NCBI GenBank assembly: GCA_963758635.1
Contig: CAVWWD010000007.1
Location: 256,001 to 320,000 of the forward strand
Direction of reading: 5' to 3'
Origin: an uncultured Candidatus Rokubacteria bacterium
GTDB lineage: Bacteria > Methylomirabilota > Methylomirabilia > Rokubacteriales > CSP1-6
Length of the DNA: 64,000 bases
Shown: positions 1-10,085 of the stretch, in pieces
Layout of the letters: each line of letters starts with the position of its first letter
Position numbering within the stretch: position 1 is the stretch's first letter
Notes under the pieces: generated by a model
Seen by the model: only the letters and a program-made list of their open reading frames with translations
Database searches by the model: none
What the model was told of the DNA's origin: nothing
Position numbers and translations under genes: made by a program

Positions 1-588
1 CACCGTCGGGGAGGCCGGCGGCTCGTCTGACCGTCTCTCGCCAGTCCGCCACCCTGGCTAGATGCAGCGGCCATGGCGCGTGGTCGACCGCTGCCGTCAC
101 AACTCGGCCAAGCCACCGTGTGTACAAGCGGTAGCGCTCGGTCAGGAATAGCGCGAGATCGTCCGGCTCGAAGAGCCGCGGCCCGACCTCGAGGGTGATC
201 GCCGCCTCGGCGCCACCGCGGGCGCTTTCGTAGCGCACGAACCGACCGTCCGAAGAGAGCTTCATCGTGGACCAGAATAGGGCAACCCATACGAGAGACG
301 CGCCCCCACAACTGCCAGCCAACTCGCCGCGTCGAGCGAGAAGAACCAGATACCGGGACCCGCTGGCCCGCAGACGTACGTGCGTAGATTCATCTCGGGG
401 AAGTCCGAGAGCCCGGGCACCGCCGAAAGCCATGGGGACCGGAGACCGGTCAGCTGGAATGGCGTCAGGCCAACCCAGGCCGTGTCGTCGAACGTATCGA
501 TCGTCAGGCCCCGCGGAAGCCGCGCTTGAAGTACCCCGGCGTCGCAAGGCCAGTGCAGGAACGCGATCCTACTCCAGCCCTGAAACAT
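1..588 (-). CDS. DUF2071 (YqjF-like) family protein, runs off the window end; frameshift near 278
   Basis: MFQGWSRIAFLHW...FPEMNLRTYV...GIWFFSLDA motifs; reading continues in another frame as YFWSTMK...FLTERYRLY...HAPWPL. Confidence 0.8.
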
Positions 589-724
589 CGCGGGGTGGTG
601 GATGGGATCAGGACGCGGCGGCACGAATCGAGGTCTCACCGCGTCCTCGACGCTGCAACGGGAGCATGACTGAAATATCGCCTGCGTCGGCGCGCGCGTC
701 GAGAACGACGAACGGCCCGTGCGA

Positions 725-964
725 TCAAGAGCCGCGCTTGCGCGCGTTCTTCAATCCGGACCATGCGTAACGGATGGCGTCGAGATCGGCCTGAAGCTGG
801 CCGATCCTCAGGAGCTGAATGTCGAGTTCGTGATGGTGCTGGGCGATGACTTTTTCGAGATGCGCGACCCGCCGCTCCAGGTCGACGATGCGCCGGCGGG
901 TACGGGCTGGCGTCGGTTCACCGAGTCTCGCCATGGCAGCCGGGAGCATAGCCCCGGGCCGCAT
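725..964 (-). CDS. small hypothetical coiled-coil protein
   Basis: 79 aa ORF with heptad-like LERRVAHLEK...LQADLDAIR; start uncertain. Confidence 0.45.
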   Translation of the reverse strand: MRPGAMLPAAMARLGEPTPARTRRRIVDLERRVAHLEKVIAQHHHELDIQLLRIGQLQADLDAIRYAWSGLKNARKRGS

Positions 965-1136
965 CCATAGACAAGGGAGTATCGGCGTGCTCGATGACTG
1001 GCGCGGTTCGGCCCTCTAGAAGGTGCGGCAGGCGCCGCGCAAGCCCGCACTCGCTTGCCCACTGAGAGGCGAGGGGGGGCTCCTGCAAGCCGGCGCTAGG
1101 GCCGGCCCTCCCACTGGGGCGTCGGCTTCGTGGCGA

Positions 1137-1298
1137 TTACGCGCCCGCAGCGCCCTTCCCGTTCGGGGTCTTGGACGGGGTACGCGCGGCCTTCGCCTTC
1201 TTATCGGCGCTCCGATTCACGCCCGCCCGTTCACCACCGACCGTTGGCGGCCGTTTCTTGGCTTCCTGTTTCCGCGCCTTGCTCCGTGGCATCGCCAT
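1137..1298 (-). CDS. small Lys/Arg-rich hypothetical protein
   Basis: MAMPRSKARKQEAKKRPP..., preceded by AAGGGAG SD-like sequence. Confidence 0.45.
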   Translation of the reverse strand: MAMPRSKARKQEAKKRPPTVGGERAGVNRSADKKAKAARTPSKTPNGKGAAGA

Positions 1299-1444
1299 GG
1301 CGACTCCCTTTGCTCCCAGGGCCGTGAAGATCTCCCTCGAGGGTAGAAAAGGCTCTGTAATTCCGGCCATAGAGCTGGGCCCGAGAGAGCCTCTGTCCTA
1401 CGCATTCCGCCCGCATCCAGCGAGTCCAGCAAAAGACGGGCCCA

Positions 1445-1460
1445 AGGCACAGGCCTTGCT
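1445..1460 (+). promoter_or_regulatory. sigma-54 -24/-12 promoter
   Basis: AGGCACAGGCCTTGCT, GG-N10-GC, 60 nt upstream of the ferritin-like gene. Confidence 0.6.
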
Positions 1461-1519
1461 CTGCCACGACCCGTCGACGTATCGCCGGCCGCGTAGCCGG
1501 GCAAAGAAAGGGGTCGGTC

Positions 1520-2120
1520 ATGGAAGTGAACAACGACAAGGTGCGAGAGCTGCTCTACGAGGCGCTCGAAACGGAGCTGCGGCGGATCAAGGTCTACGAG
1601 ACCGCGCTCAAGTGTGTGGTGAACGAGGACCTCAAGGGGGAGTGGGAGGAGTACCTCGAGCAGACCCGGCGGCACGAGACGATCATGCTCCGCGTCTGCG
1701 AGGCGTTCGGCCTCGACCCGGACGCCATGACGCCCGGCCGCAAGGTCGTGCACCACATCGGGGCATCGCTGGTGAAGGCCATGGAGATGGCCCTAGCGGC
1801 GGGCGAGCCCGAGGCCGCGGAGGTGGTGGCGTGCGAGTGCGTCACCCTGGCCGAGACCAAGGACCATCTGAACTGGGAACTCATGTCCGAGGTCGCCAAG
1901 AAGCTCCGTGGGGAGGAGGGAAAGGTGCTCAAGGAGGCCTTCGCCGAGGTGGAAGAGGAAGAGGACGAACACCTCTACCACACGCAGGGTTGGACCCGAG
2001 AGCTCTGGATCGCCGGCCTCGGGATGCCGGCGGTGCTCCCGCCCCCGGAAGAGGAGAAGGACGTGAAGACGGCCATTGGCGCCGCGCGCGCCAAGAAGCG
2101 CCCGGAAGGAAATGCTGTAG
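1520..2120 (+). CDS. ferritin-like domain protein (DUF892/YciF-like)
   Basis: EALETE...YLEQTRRH...ETKDH...EEEDEH carboxylate/His pattern; true end probably ...ARKEML* at 2120 after an indel near 2100 (ORF track runs to 2218). Confidence 0.8.
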
Positions 2121-2150
2121 CCGAGGCAGCGGGGGCGGAGGGGAGCGGTC

Positions 2151-2264
2151 ATGGACGGGCCCCTGCCAAGATTCCGCAGTGCCGGGTTTGTCGACCCGCT
2201 CCTCCTCGCCCTCTTTGACGTTGTGGTCATTGGCTTCGCCCTCTGGGCGGGGTTCGGGAAGTAG
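2151..2264 (+). CDS. putative 37 aa single-pass membrane peptide
   Basis: GGAG SD, then MDGPLPRFRSAGFVDPLLLALFDVVVIGFALWAGFGK*. Confidence 0.4.
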   Translation: MDGPLPRFRSAGFVDPLLLALFDVVVIGFALWAGFGK

Positions 2265-2644
2265 TGGGGTCCGCGACGAGAGGCGACGACGTTGGGGCGG
2301 CGAAGTGTCGGCGACGAGGACGCGCCAGATGGGGCCATGAGGACGCCTCAGGAAGCGCACCAACCCGACAGCGTGGCGCCGTGACAGCCTCCAAACGGCC
2401 CGCCGTCGTGTTTGAGTCGTCGCACCTGCCGCTAGGGCGCTCGTGGGCGATGGCGACAGTGGCCGTCGCGGCGGCTGGCCGTGGTAACGGCGTGAGGACG
2501 CGCGCGTCGAGCGTCCGCGGCCGTCTCGGAGCGGGCTAGGCGCTGCTGGCTGGCGGCCGGTCTCCGTCCCTGCGCCGATTGGCCGCGAGCTGGGATTCCA
2601 CCAACCAGAGCGTATAGCAGGGTTGGTGGGCGTAGACTACCGCC

Positions 2645-4031
2645 ATGCCCGAGACCGAGCGTCCGACGCTGTCCGGGATCGGCGTCCTGCTCGCCTCGGG
2701 CGGGGCGGCGGACGCGACAGCGCCGCCGCGTCGCCGCAGCGCGGTCGAGCGGCTCTTCGCGCGCGACGAGCGGCTCTTCGCCTTCCTCCTCGCCGTCGTC
2801 ATGGTCGGCGGCCTCGCCACCCTCGGTCTCGCCCCGCTCCGTCCGCGCTTCCAGATCGACGTGTACTCGGTGGTGCTGTGGTTCGCCCTGTACAAGGCGG
2901 GCATCCTCGCCCTCGTCACCGTCAACCCGCGCGGCACGCGCACGATCTTCGTCGGCGCGCTCGCCGTGGACATGATGCTGGTGTTCGCGCTCCTCTACCT
3001 CACGGGCGGCGGCGACAGCCCGTACGTGAACCTCTTCTACCCCCTGGTCGCGATCAACGCGTACTACTTCGGCCGCTGGGTCGGGCTGCTCCTGACGCGT
3101 CCTCGGACCCGGGCTCCTGTACTGGCTCGCCGCCTGGATGGCCCCGCCCGAGGCGGCGTGGACCGCCGTGGTCATCCTGATGGGGCAGGTGGGGCTGCCC
3201 GCCTTCGCGCTCGGACACGTCGCCGACCGCGAGCGCCGCGCTCGCGTGGAGGTGGAGCGGCTGAACGCCGGCCTCACCGAGACGCTGACGCGCCTCCAGG
3301 CCGCGCAGCAGGAGCTGGTGGTGGCCGAGCGCATGGCCACGGTGGGCCGCCTCTCGCTCAAGGTGGCGCACGAGGTGCGCAACCCCATCGCGGCGATCGA
3401 GCTGAACGCGGAGATCCTCGGCGACATCGTGCGCGACCGTCCCGAGCCGGAGATGCACGAGGCGGCCGGACTCGTCACGGCCATTCGCGAGCAGGTCGTC
3501 GCCCTCGACGCGCTCACCGAGGAGTACCTGGCCTTCGCACGGTTCCCGCGCCCCCAGTTCGAGGAGGACTCGGTCAACGAGATGGTGGCGTCGGCGGTGG
3601 AGTTCGTGCGGCCCCTGGCGACCCGCCAGGGCATCAACGTGCATCTCAGCATCGATCCCGCGGTTCCGCCCATGGCGATCGACCGCTCGCTGCTCCGGCA
3701 GGCCATCTTGAACCTGGTGAAGAACGGCCAGGAGGCGCTGTCGCAGGGCGGCACCCTCACGATCAGCACCATGTGCTCGGGCGACACCGTCGAGATCACG
3801 GTGAGCGACACCGGCCCGGGCATCACGCCCGAGGTGGGCCGGCGGCTCTTCGAGCAGTTCTTCACCACGAAGCCGCAGGGCACGGGGCTCGGGCTTTCCA
3901 TCACGCGGCAGATCGTCGAGGAGCACGGCGGTCAGCTCCGGTGGAGCAGCACGCCGGGCGCGGGGGCGACGTTCACGCTCGTGCTGCCGGTCAAGCGCGC
4001 GGACACGACGGCGGAGCCGACCAATGGCTGA
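2645..4031 (+). CDS. membrane sensor histidine kinase (NtrB-like); frameshift near 3095
   Basis: N-terminal TM helices; AHEVRNP H-box, NLVKNG, DTGPGI, FFTTK and GTGLGL boxes. Confidence 0.9.
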
Positions 4032-5485
4032 GACCGCGACGCTCCTCGTGGCCGACGACGATCCCGCCGTGCGCCAGAGCCTCGAGCGCACGCTGGAGCG
4101 CGAGGGCTACACCGTGGTGCTCGCGCCGGACGGGCACGCCGCGATCGACCGGTTGCGCGGTGGCGGCATCGACCTCGTGCTCTCCGACCTGAGGATGCCC
4201 GGCCTCAACGGCCTCGAGCTGCTCCGCGAGGTCAAGACGATCAGCCCCGACCTCGACGTGATCATGCTCACGGCCTTCGGGACGGTGGAGGAAGCCGTCC
4301 GGGCGATGAAGGACGGCGCGGTGGACTTCCTCACGAAGCCGTTCCAGCGCGCCCAGCTCGTGCGCGTCATCCGGAAGGCGCTGGAGCGGCGTGCGCTCAT
4401 CCAGGAGAACAAGGCGCTGCAGCAGCGGCTGGACGCCCTCCTCGCGCAGGGCGCGGCCATCGGCGTGAGCCCCGCGTGGCGGCGCATGATGACCCTGGTG
4501 ACCCAGGTCGCGAACAGCTCGGCCACCGTGCTGATCCACGGCGAGAGCGGCACGGGCAAGGAGCTCATCGCCCGGTCCATCCACGAGGGGTCGCCGCGCC
4601 GGGCCGGGCCCTTCGTGGCCGTGAACTGCGCGGCGCTGCCCGAGACCCTCCTCGAGTCGGAGCTCTTCGGCTACGAGAAGGGCGCGTTCACCGGCGCGGG
4701 CGCGCCGCAAGGAAGGCCGCTTCGAGCTGGCCGACGGGGGCACGCTGTTCCTCGACGAGGTCGCCGACCTCTCGCCCGTCACCCAGCCGAAGATCCTCCG
4801 CGTGCTCCAGGAGGGCGAGTTCGAGCGCGTGGGCGCCACGCGCACGATCCGGGTCGACGTCCGGATCGTGACCGCGAGCAACCAGGACCTCGCCACGCTG
4901 GTCCGCGAGAAGCGGTTCCGCGAGGACCTCTTCTATCGCCTCAACGTGATCCGCGTCGAGGTGCCGCCGCTCCGCGAGCGCCGCGAGGACGTGGCCGTGC
5001 TCGCCCAGCACTTCCTGCGCGTGTACGCGGCCAAGAACAACCGGCCGCTCGAGGGCGTCAGCGACGACGCCATCCGGTGCCTGGAGGCGTACGGCTGGCC
5101 CGGCAACGTGCGGGAGCTGGAGAACGTGCTCGAGCGGGCGGTGGTCCTCGCGCGCGGCACCACGGTGGACGTGGCCGACCTGCCCGACAACATCGGCGAG
5201 CGCTCCGTGATGCTCGAGCGCGATCACGGCGCCGCGGGCGATCCCGCGGCCGGCGATCCCGGCGGGGAGGGAGGCGCGGTCGGCGACGGGTACTTCAAGA
5301 TCCGCGTCGGCGCCACCCTCGCCGAGGTCGAGCAGCGCATGCTCGAGGAGACGCTGCGCCTCACGAAGGGCAACAAGACGCTCGCGGCCAAGGTCCTCGG
5401 CATCGATCCCAAGACGGTGTTCCGGAAGCTCAAGGCCGGCGAGACGGAGGACGTGGGGCCGGGCGACGGAGGGGATCGCGCGTGA
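4024..5485 (+). CDS. sigma-54-dependent response regulator (NtrC/AtoC family); frameshift near 4705
   Basis: REC domain, GESGTGKE Walker [27 protein letters not shown], Fis-type HTH. Confidence 0.93.
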
Positions 5486-6363
5486 GCCGCGCCCGCTTCA
5501 CCGAGGTCCTCTACGACGTGGCGGACGGCGTCCTCACCCTCACGCTGAACCGGCCGGAGAAGCTCAACGCGCTCAGCGCCACCATGCTCGGCGAGCTCCG
5601 CGAGGCCCTCGAGGCCGCCGACGCCGACGACGGCGTGCGCGCCATCGTGGTGACCGGCGCCGGCCGCGCCTTCTGCGCGGGCGCGGACCTCTCGCGCGGC
5701 GCCCGCACCTTCGACGTGGACGCCCGGGCCGCCGAGCGCGGCACGCCGCGGACCGAGCCGCACCGGGACGGCGGCGGCCTCGTGACCCTGCGCATCTACG
5801 AGATGAAGAAGCCGCTGATCGCCGCCATCAACGGCCCTGCGGTCGGGTTCGGCATCACGATGACGCTGCCCATGGACATCCGCCTCGCCTCGTCGGCGGC
5901 GCGGATCGGCTTCGTGTTCAGCCGGAGGGGCGTGGTGCCGGAAGCGTGCAGCACGTGGTTCCTGCCCCGGCTCGTCGGCATGGCGCGCGCCGCCGAGTGG
6001 GTCTACTCGGGCCGCGTGTTCTCCGCGGAGGAGGCCCTGGCCGGCGGCCTCGTGAGCCGCGTGCTGCCCCCCGCCGACCTCCTGCCCGCGGCGCGCGAGC
6101 TCGCGCTCGAGATCGCGCGGAACACGTCGGCGGTGTCGGTGGCGCTATCCCGCCAGCTCATGTGGACGATGCTCGGCGCCGACCATCCGATGGAGGCCCA
6201 CCGGCTCGACTCGCGGTGCATGGAGTACATGGGGCGCTCGCCCGACGCCGCCGAGGGTGTCAGCGCGTTCCTCGCCAAGCGCCCGGCGCGCTTCTCGATG
6301 CGGCCGAGCGCCGACATGCCGCCCTTCTACCCCTGGGGGACGACCCACCCGTTCACGTCTTGA
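5482..6363 (+). CDS. enoyl-CoA hydratase/crotonase family protein
   Basis: [33 protein letters not shown] overlap with the upstream stop. Confidence 0.9.
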   Translation: MSRARFTEVLYDVADGVLTLTLNRPEKLNALSATMLGELREALEAADADDGVRAIVVTGAGRAFCAGADLSRGARTFDVDARAAERGTPRTEPHRDGGGLVTLRIYEMKKPLIAAINGPAVGFGITMTLPMDIRLASSAARIGFVFSRRGVVPEACSTWFLPRLVGMARAAEWVYSGRVFSAEEALAGGLVSRVLPPADLLPAARELALEIARNTSAVSVALSRQLMWTMLGADHPMEAHRLDSRCMEYMGRSPDAAEGVSAFLAKRPARFSMRPSADMPPFYPWGTTHPFTS

Positions 6364-7502
6364 GCGGCACGACGCTGCTCTGCCTGATGTCGCTGGTGAC
6401 GTGCTTCGGCATCGGCGCCTTCAGCCCGCTGCTGCCCGAGATCGCGCGCGCCGCCGTCCTCGCCGACTGGCAGATCGGCGTGGTGGCCGGCGCCTTCGGC
6501 TTCGCGCGGATGGCCACCGCGCTTCCCACGGGCTGGCTCGCCGGCCATCGCCTCGGCACCACGCTGGCCGCCGCGCCCGTGCTGCTGGCGGTCGGCGTGC
6601 TCCTGCTCGCGGTGGCGTCCTCGTTCCCCGCGCTGGTGCTGGGGCGTCTCCTGCTGGGCTTCGCCCACACCCTGGGCACCATCGGCGGGCTCACCGCGAT
6701 CCTCCTGGACGAGGGTGGGGCCGGCGCGTCGATGCGGCTCAACGTGTTCGAGTTCTCCGCGATGATCGGCGTGCTGGGCGGCCTCGGGCTGGTGGGGCTC
6801 CTGCCCGCGGGCCTCGGGTGGAACCTCTCGCTGGCCATCGCGTCCTCGCCGCTGATCGTGGGCCTCGTGCTGGCGCCCGGTCTTCGCCGCCGCTTCCCCG
6901 ATGCCGCCCGCGCCGCGAAGGGGGACACGCCGCGCGATCAGGGCGCCGTCAGATCCGATCCGATGACCCCGCTGGTGTGGACGATGTTCCTTGCCGGCAT
7001 CATCCTCGCCCTGGCCTGGTCCTCGGTGAGCCAGTTCCTGGTCCCGCTCCGGGGAACGCGAGAGTTCGCGCTCGACCGCGGAGGCGTCTCCGGCCTGCTC
7101 ATGCTCGGGCAGTTCGTGGACCTCGTGGCGCTGCTGCCCGTGGGGTGGGCCGCGGACCGGCTGGGGCGCACGCTCGTGCTGGGCGTGGTCGTCGTGGTGC
7201 TCGGCCTCGCCACGCTCGGCGTGGGGCTCGGGGCGTTCCCGTGGTTCGTGGCGGGCTGCGCCGGCTTCGGCATCGGCATGGCGGGCTGGATGCTGCCGCT
7301 GGGCGTGATCCGGGAGCACACGCGGCGCGAGGGACTGGCGTGGCGGACGGGCCTCTACCGGGTGGGCGTGGACGCCGCGATGTTCGTCGGCCCGTTCGCG
7401 AGCGGGCTGCTCGGGGAGGCGGGCGCCGGGACGTTCGTGGCCGCCGTCGGCGTGCTCGCCCTGATCATCGGCGGCCACCTCGTGTGGCCGAACGTTCGCT
7501 GA
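6360..7502 (+). CDS. MFS transporter
   Basis: about 12 hydrophobic segments, GWAADRLGR motif A; TTG start overlaps the upstream stop. Confidence 0.85.
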   Translation: MSGTTLLCLMSLVTCFGIGAFSPLLPEIARAAVLADWQIGVVAGAFGFARMATALPTGWLAGHRLGTTLAAAPVLLAVGVLLLAVASSFPALVLGRLLLGFAHTLGTIGGLTAILLDEGGAGASMRLNVFEFSAMIGVLGGLGLVGLLPAGLGWNLSLAIASSPLIVGLVLAPGLRRRFPDAARAAKGDTPRDQGAVRSDPMTPLVWTMFLAGIILALAWSSVSQFLVPLRGTREFALDRGGVSGLLMLGQFVDLVALLPVGWAADRLGRTLVLGVVVVVLGLATLGVGLGAFPWFVAGCAGFGIGMAGWMLPLGVIREHTRREGLAWRTGLYRVGVDAAMFVGPFASGLLGEAGAGTFVAAVGVLALIIGGHLVWPNVR

Positions 7503-7514
7503 GCCCTTGGGTAG

Positions 7515-7937
7515 GTGAACCCCACGCAGTCCGAGGCGCTCACCATGGTGTGCGCGCAGGTGATGGGCAACGACGTGGCGATCGGGATCGGCGGCGCGGG
7601 CGGGCACTTCGCGCTGAACACCTACCGGCCGCTCATCGCCCACAACCTGCTCGGGTCGGTGCGCCTGCTCGCCGACGGCTGCCGGTCGTTCACCGAGCAC
7701 TGCGTGAAGGGGATCGAGCCGGACCGCGCGCGCATCCGGGAGCTCGTGGAGCGCTCGCTGATGCTGGTCACCGCGCTGGCGCCGCGCATCGGGTACGACC
7801 GGGCCGCGGAGATCGCCAAGCGCGCGCAGCGCACGGGCACGACGCTCCGCGAGGCGGCGCTCGCCCTGGGCTACGTCAGCGCGGAGGAGTTCGACCGCCT
7901 GGTGCGGCCGGAGGACATGCTGGGGCCGCCCTCGTGA
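7515..7937 (+). pseudogene. fumC: C-terminal fragment of class II fumarate hydratase
   Basis: [20 protein letters not shown]...[22 protein letters not shown]; the N-terminal roughly two-thirds is absent. Confidence 0.85.
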
Positions 7938-7994
7938 GCGGGGGCCCCGGGGGCGGAGCCGGGACGGCCCCTGCCGCGTCGAGCGGACCGACCC

Positions 7995-8180
7995 TCAGCT
8001 CTTGAAGTCGACCGTCTTGTGGGTGCCGTCGCAGTACGGCTTGTTCGCCGAGCTGCCGCACCGGCAGAGGAAGGTCTTGTCGCCCTTGCTCGGCAGCGTG
8101 TTGCCCTGCGCGTCGATCACCTGGCACTCCCCATCCACCATCAGGGGACCGTTCTCGATCGCTTTCACCGTCACGGCCAT
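7995..8180 (-). CDS. CDGSH iron-sulfur domain protein
   Basis: LCRCGSSANKPYCDGTH motif; AAGGAG SD. Confidence 0.9.
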   Translation of the reverse strand: MAVTVKAIENGPLMVDGECQVIDAQGNTLPSKGDKTFLCRCGSSANKPYCDGTHKTVDFKS

Positions 8181-8288
8181 GGTCGTCGTCTCCTTGTCGT
8201 CGAGGTGGGCGCCGCGCGAGCGGCATGACGCTCGCGCAGTATACGGTCTGGCCCGATCGGTGAAAAGGGCGTCTGCTATCATCGCCGC

Positions 8289-8945
8289 GTGAGCATGACC
8301 GGTCGTCTTCTCGCCGCGCTGGCCTCCGCCTCGCGCCAGTACGGGGGCGAGCCGGTCTCCGAGCTGGCGCACTCGCTGCAATGCGCCGATCTCGCCGAGG
8401 CGGCGGGCGCGGATGAGGAGCTGGTGCTGGCCAGCCTCCTCCACGACGTGGGGCGCTTCGCCGTCGATCCGGGCCTCATCGACGACGGCACCGAGTCTGC
8501 CACGCCCGCGAGCCGGGGAGGGCGAGGGCATCACGACATGGGCGCCGCGCTGATCGCTCCGCACGTTTCCGTGCGCGTCGCCTGGTTGGTCCGCATGCAC
8601 GTCCCCGCCAAGCGCTACCTCTGCGCCACCGAGCCCGACTATCTCGGCCGGCTCACGCCGGTCTCGCGCCACACCCTCGCCCTGCAAGGGGGCATCATGA
8701 CCCCGGGGGAGGTCGCGGCCCTCGCTGCCCACCCGTGGCTCTCCGCCGCGCTCAGCCTCCGCCGGTGGGACGACGAGGCGAAGGTGCCCGACACGGCCAC
8801 GCGGCCGGTCGACGCGTGGGCGCCGCTTCTGCGTCGTCATCTCTCCGACGCTCCCCGCGCGGCCTGGATGGCCGACGACTCATGGACACCGCGACCGGCC
8901 GTCTTCCGCGTCGATCCCGCGCGCCTGGCCGGAGTGAGCGGGTAG
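8289..8945 (+). CDS. HD-domain protein, PhnZ/TmpB-like
   Basis: VSELAHSLQCA...LLHDVG...HHDMGA...HVPAKRYL...TLALQGG...LRRWDDEAK. Confidence 0.85.
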   Translation: MSMTGRLLAALASASRQYGGEPVSELAHSLQCADLAEAAGADEELVLASLLHDVGRFAVDPGLIDDGTESATPASRGGRGHHDMGAALIAPHVSVRVAWLVRMHVPAKRYLCATEPDYLGRLTPVSRHTLALQGGIMTPGEVAALAAHPWLSAALSLRRWDDEAKVPDTATRPVDAWAPLLRRHLSDAPRAAWMADDSWTPRPAVFRVDPARLAGVSG

Positions 8946-8988
8946 TCTCGAGGCGACCCGGGCGGCGCCGGCGCGCGGCCGGCGGCGA

Positions 8989-9912
8989 TCAGGACGCCAG
9001 GCGCTGGAACTTCTGGAGCGAGCGAAGCTCGCGGGGCGGATCGAGCTTCGAGCCGGCGTTCGTCCACGACACCTCGGACACGTACAGGTCTCCGCGGGAG
9101 TCCGTGACGACGGCGTGCGGCGCGTTGAACTCGCCCGGACGCTCGCCCGGCCCGCCGAAGCGGCACACGCGCTCCCCCGCCTTGGTGAGCACGGTGACGC
9201 GCGGCCCGATGTTCGGCGTGTTGTCGGTCACCGGCATGCCGGACCCCAGCTCGCCCACCACGAAGTGGTCGCGGTCCCGCTTGTCCGCGTGGAGCCCGCA
9301 GGGACGATGGAGCGTGTGCCACGCGCCCTGGAACCGCCCCTGCCCGTCGAAGATCTGGACGCGGTGGTTCTCGCGGTCGGCCACGTAGACGAGGCCGTCG
9401 CTGTCGGTGGCGATGTTGTGCGGGAGGTTGAACTGGCCGGGATCCGTCCCCGGCTCCCCCCACGACATGACGTGCGTTCCGTCCGGAGCGTACTTGTGCA
9501 CGCGCGAGTTGCCGTACCCGTCGGAGATGAACAGGGAGCCGGTCCGCGGGCAGATGGCGACGTGGGTGGGGCGGTTGAACGGCTTGCCGCCCTGGAGATC
9601 CGCGGGCGTGTCCGGGTTGCCGATGGTGAGGAGGTGCTTGCCCTCCGGCGTGAACTTCCGCACCGTGTGGTGCAGATCGTCGGTGAGCCACACGGTGTCG
9701 TCGGCGTCGATCGTGATGCCGTGGGCGCGGCGGATCGCGCCCTCGCCCCACGAGCGGACGAACGTCCCGTCACGGTCGAAGACGATCACCGGGTGCTCGC
9801 CGCGCGTGAAGCAGAAGACGCGGTCCCGGCTGTCCACCGCGACGCCCGCCACCTCGACGTAGCGCCACCCGTCGGGCAGCGTCCCCCAGCTCTCCACCGG
9901 CGCGAATCTCAT
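8989..9912 (-). CDS. NHL-repeat protein, peptidyl-alpha-hydroxyglycine alpha-amidating lyase-like
   Basis: repeated FNxPH/T...VADRENHRVQIF and SDGYGNSRVHKY motifs. Confidence 0.88.
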   Translation of the reverse strand: MRFAPVESWGTLPDGWRYVEVAGVAVDSRDRVFCFTRGEHPVIVFDRDGTFVRSWGEGAIRRAHGITIDADDTVWLTDDLHHTVRKFTPEGKHLLTIGNPDTPADLQGGKPFNRPTHVAICPRTGSLFISDGYGNSRVHKYAPDGTHVMSWGEPGTDPGQFNLPHNIATDSDGLVYVADRENHRVQIFDGQGRFQGAWHTLHRPCGLHADKRDRDHFVVGELGSGMPVTDNTPNIGPRVTVLTKAGERVCRFGGPGERPGEFNAPHAVVTDSRGDLYVSEVSWTNAGSKLDPPRELRSLQKFQRLAS

Positions 9913-10085
9913 CGGAGCTCCTCCGGGCGCGAGTGTCGCGTTCGCCGCGCGCCAATGTCAAGCGCGGCCCGCGCGGGGGACTCTGGTATTCTCTTCGCGA
10001 CGCGGCTCCGCACGCCGCCGCGCGCCCGTGCCGGACCGCGGTCGTGATCCCCGGATAACCCCGAGCACCTGAGAGGGACGAGGCG

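Noticed and set aside
1083..1100. Minus-strand sigma-54 promoter for the 79 aa ORF
   Set aside because: TTGC is present but the -24 position reads AG rather than GG.
4024..6363. 779 aa response regulator-crotonase fusion in the ORF track
   Set aside because: Artefact of the frameshift near 4705; the regulator ends at 5485 and the crotonase starts at GTG 5482.
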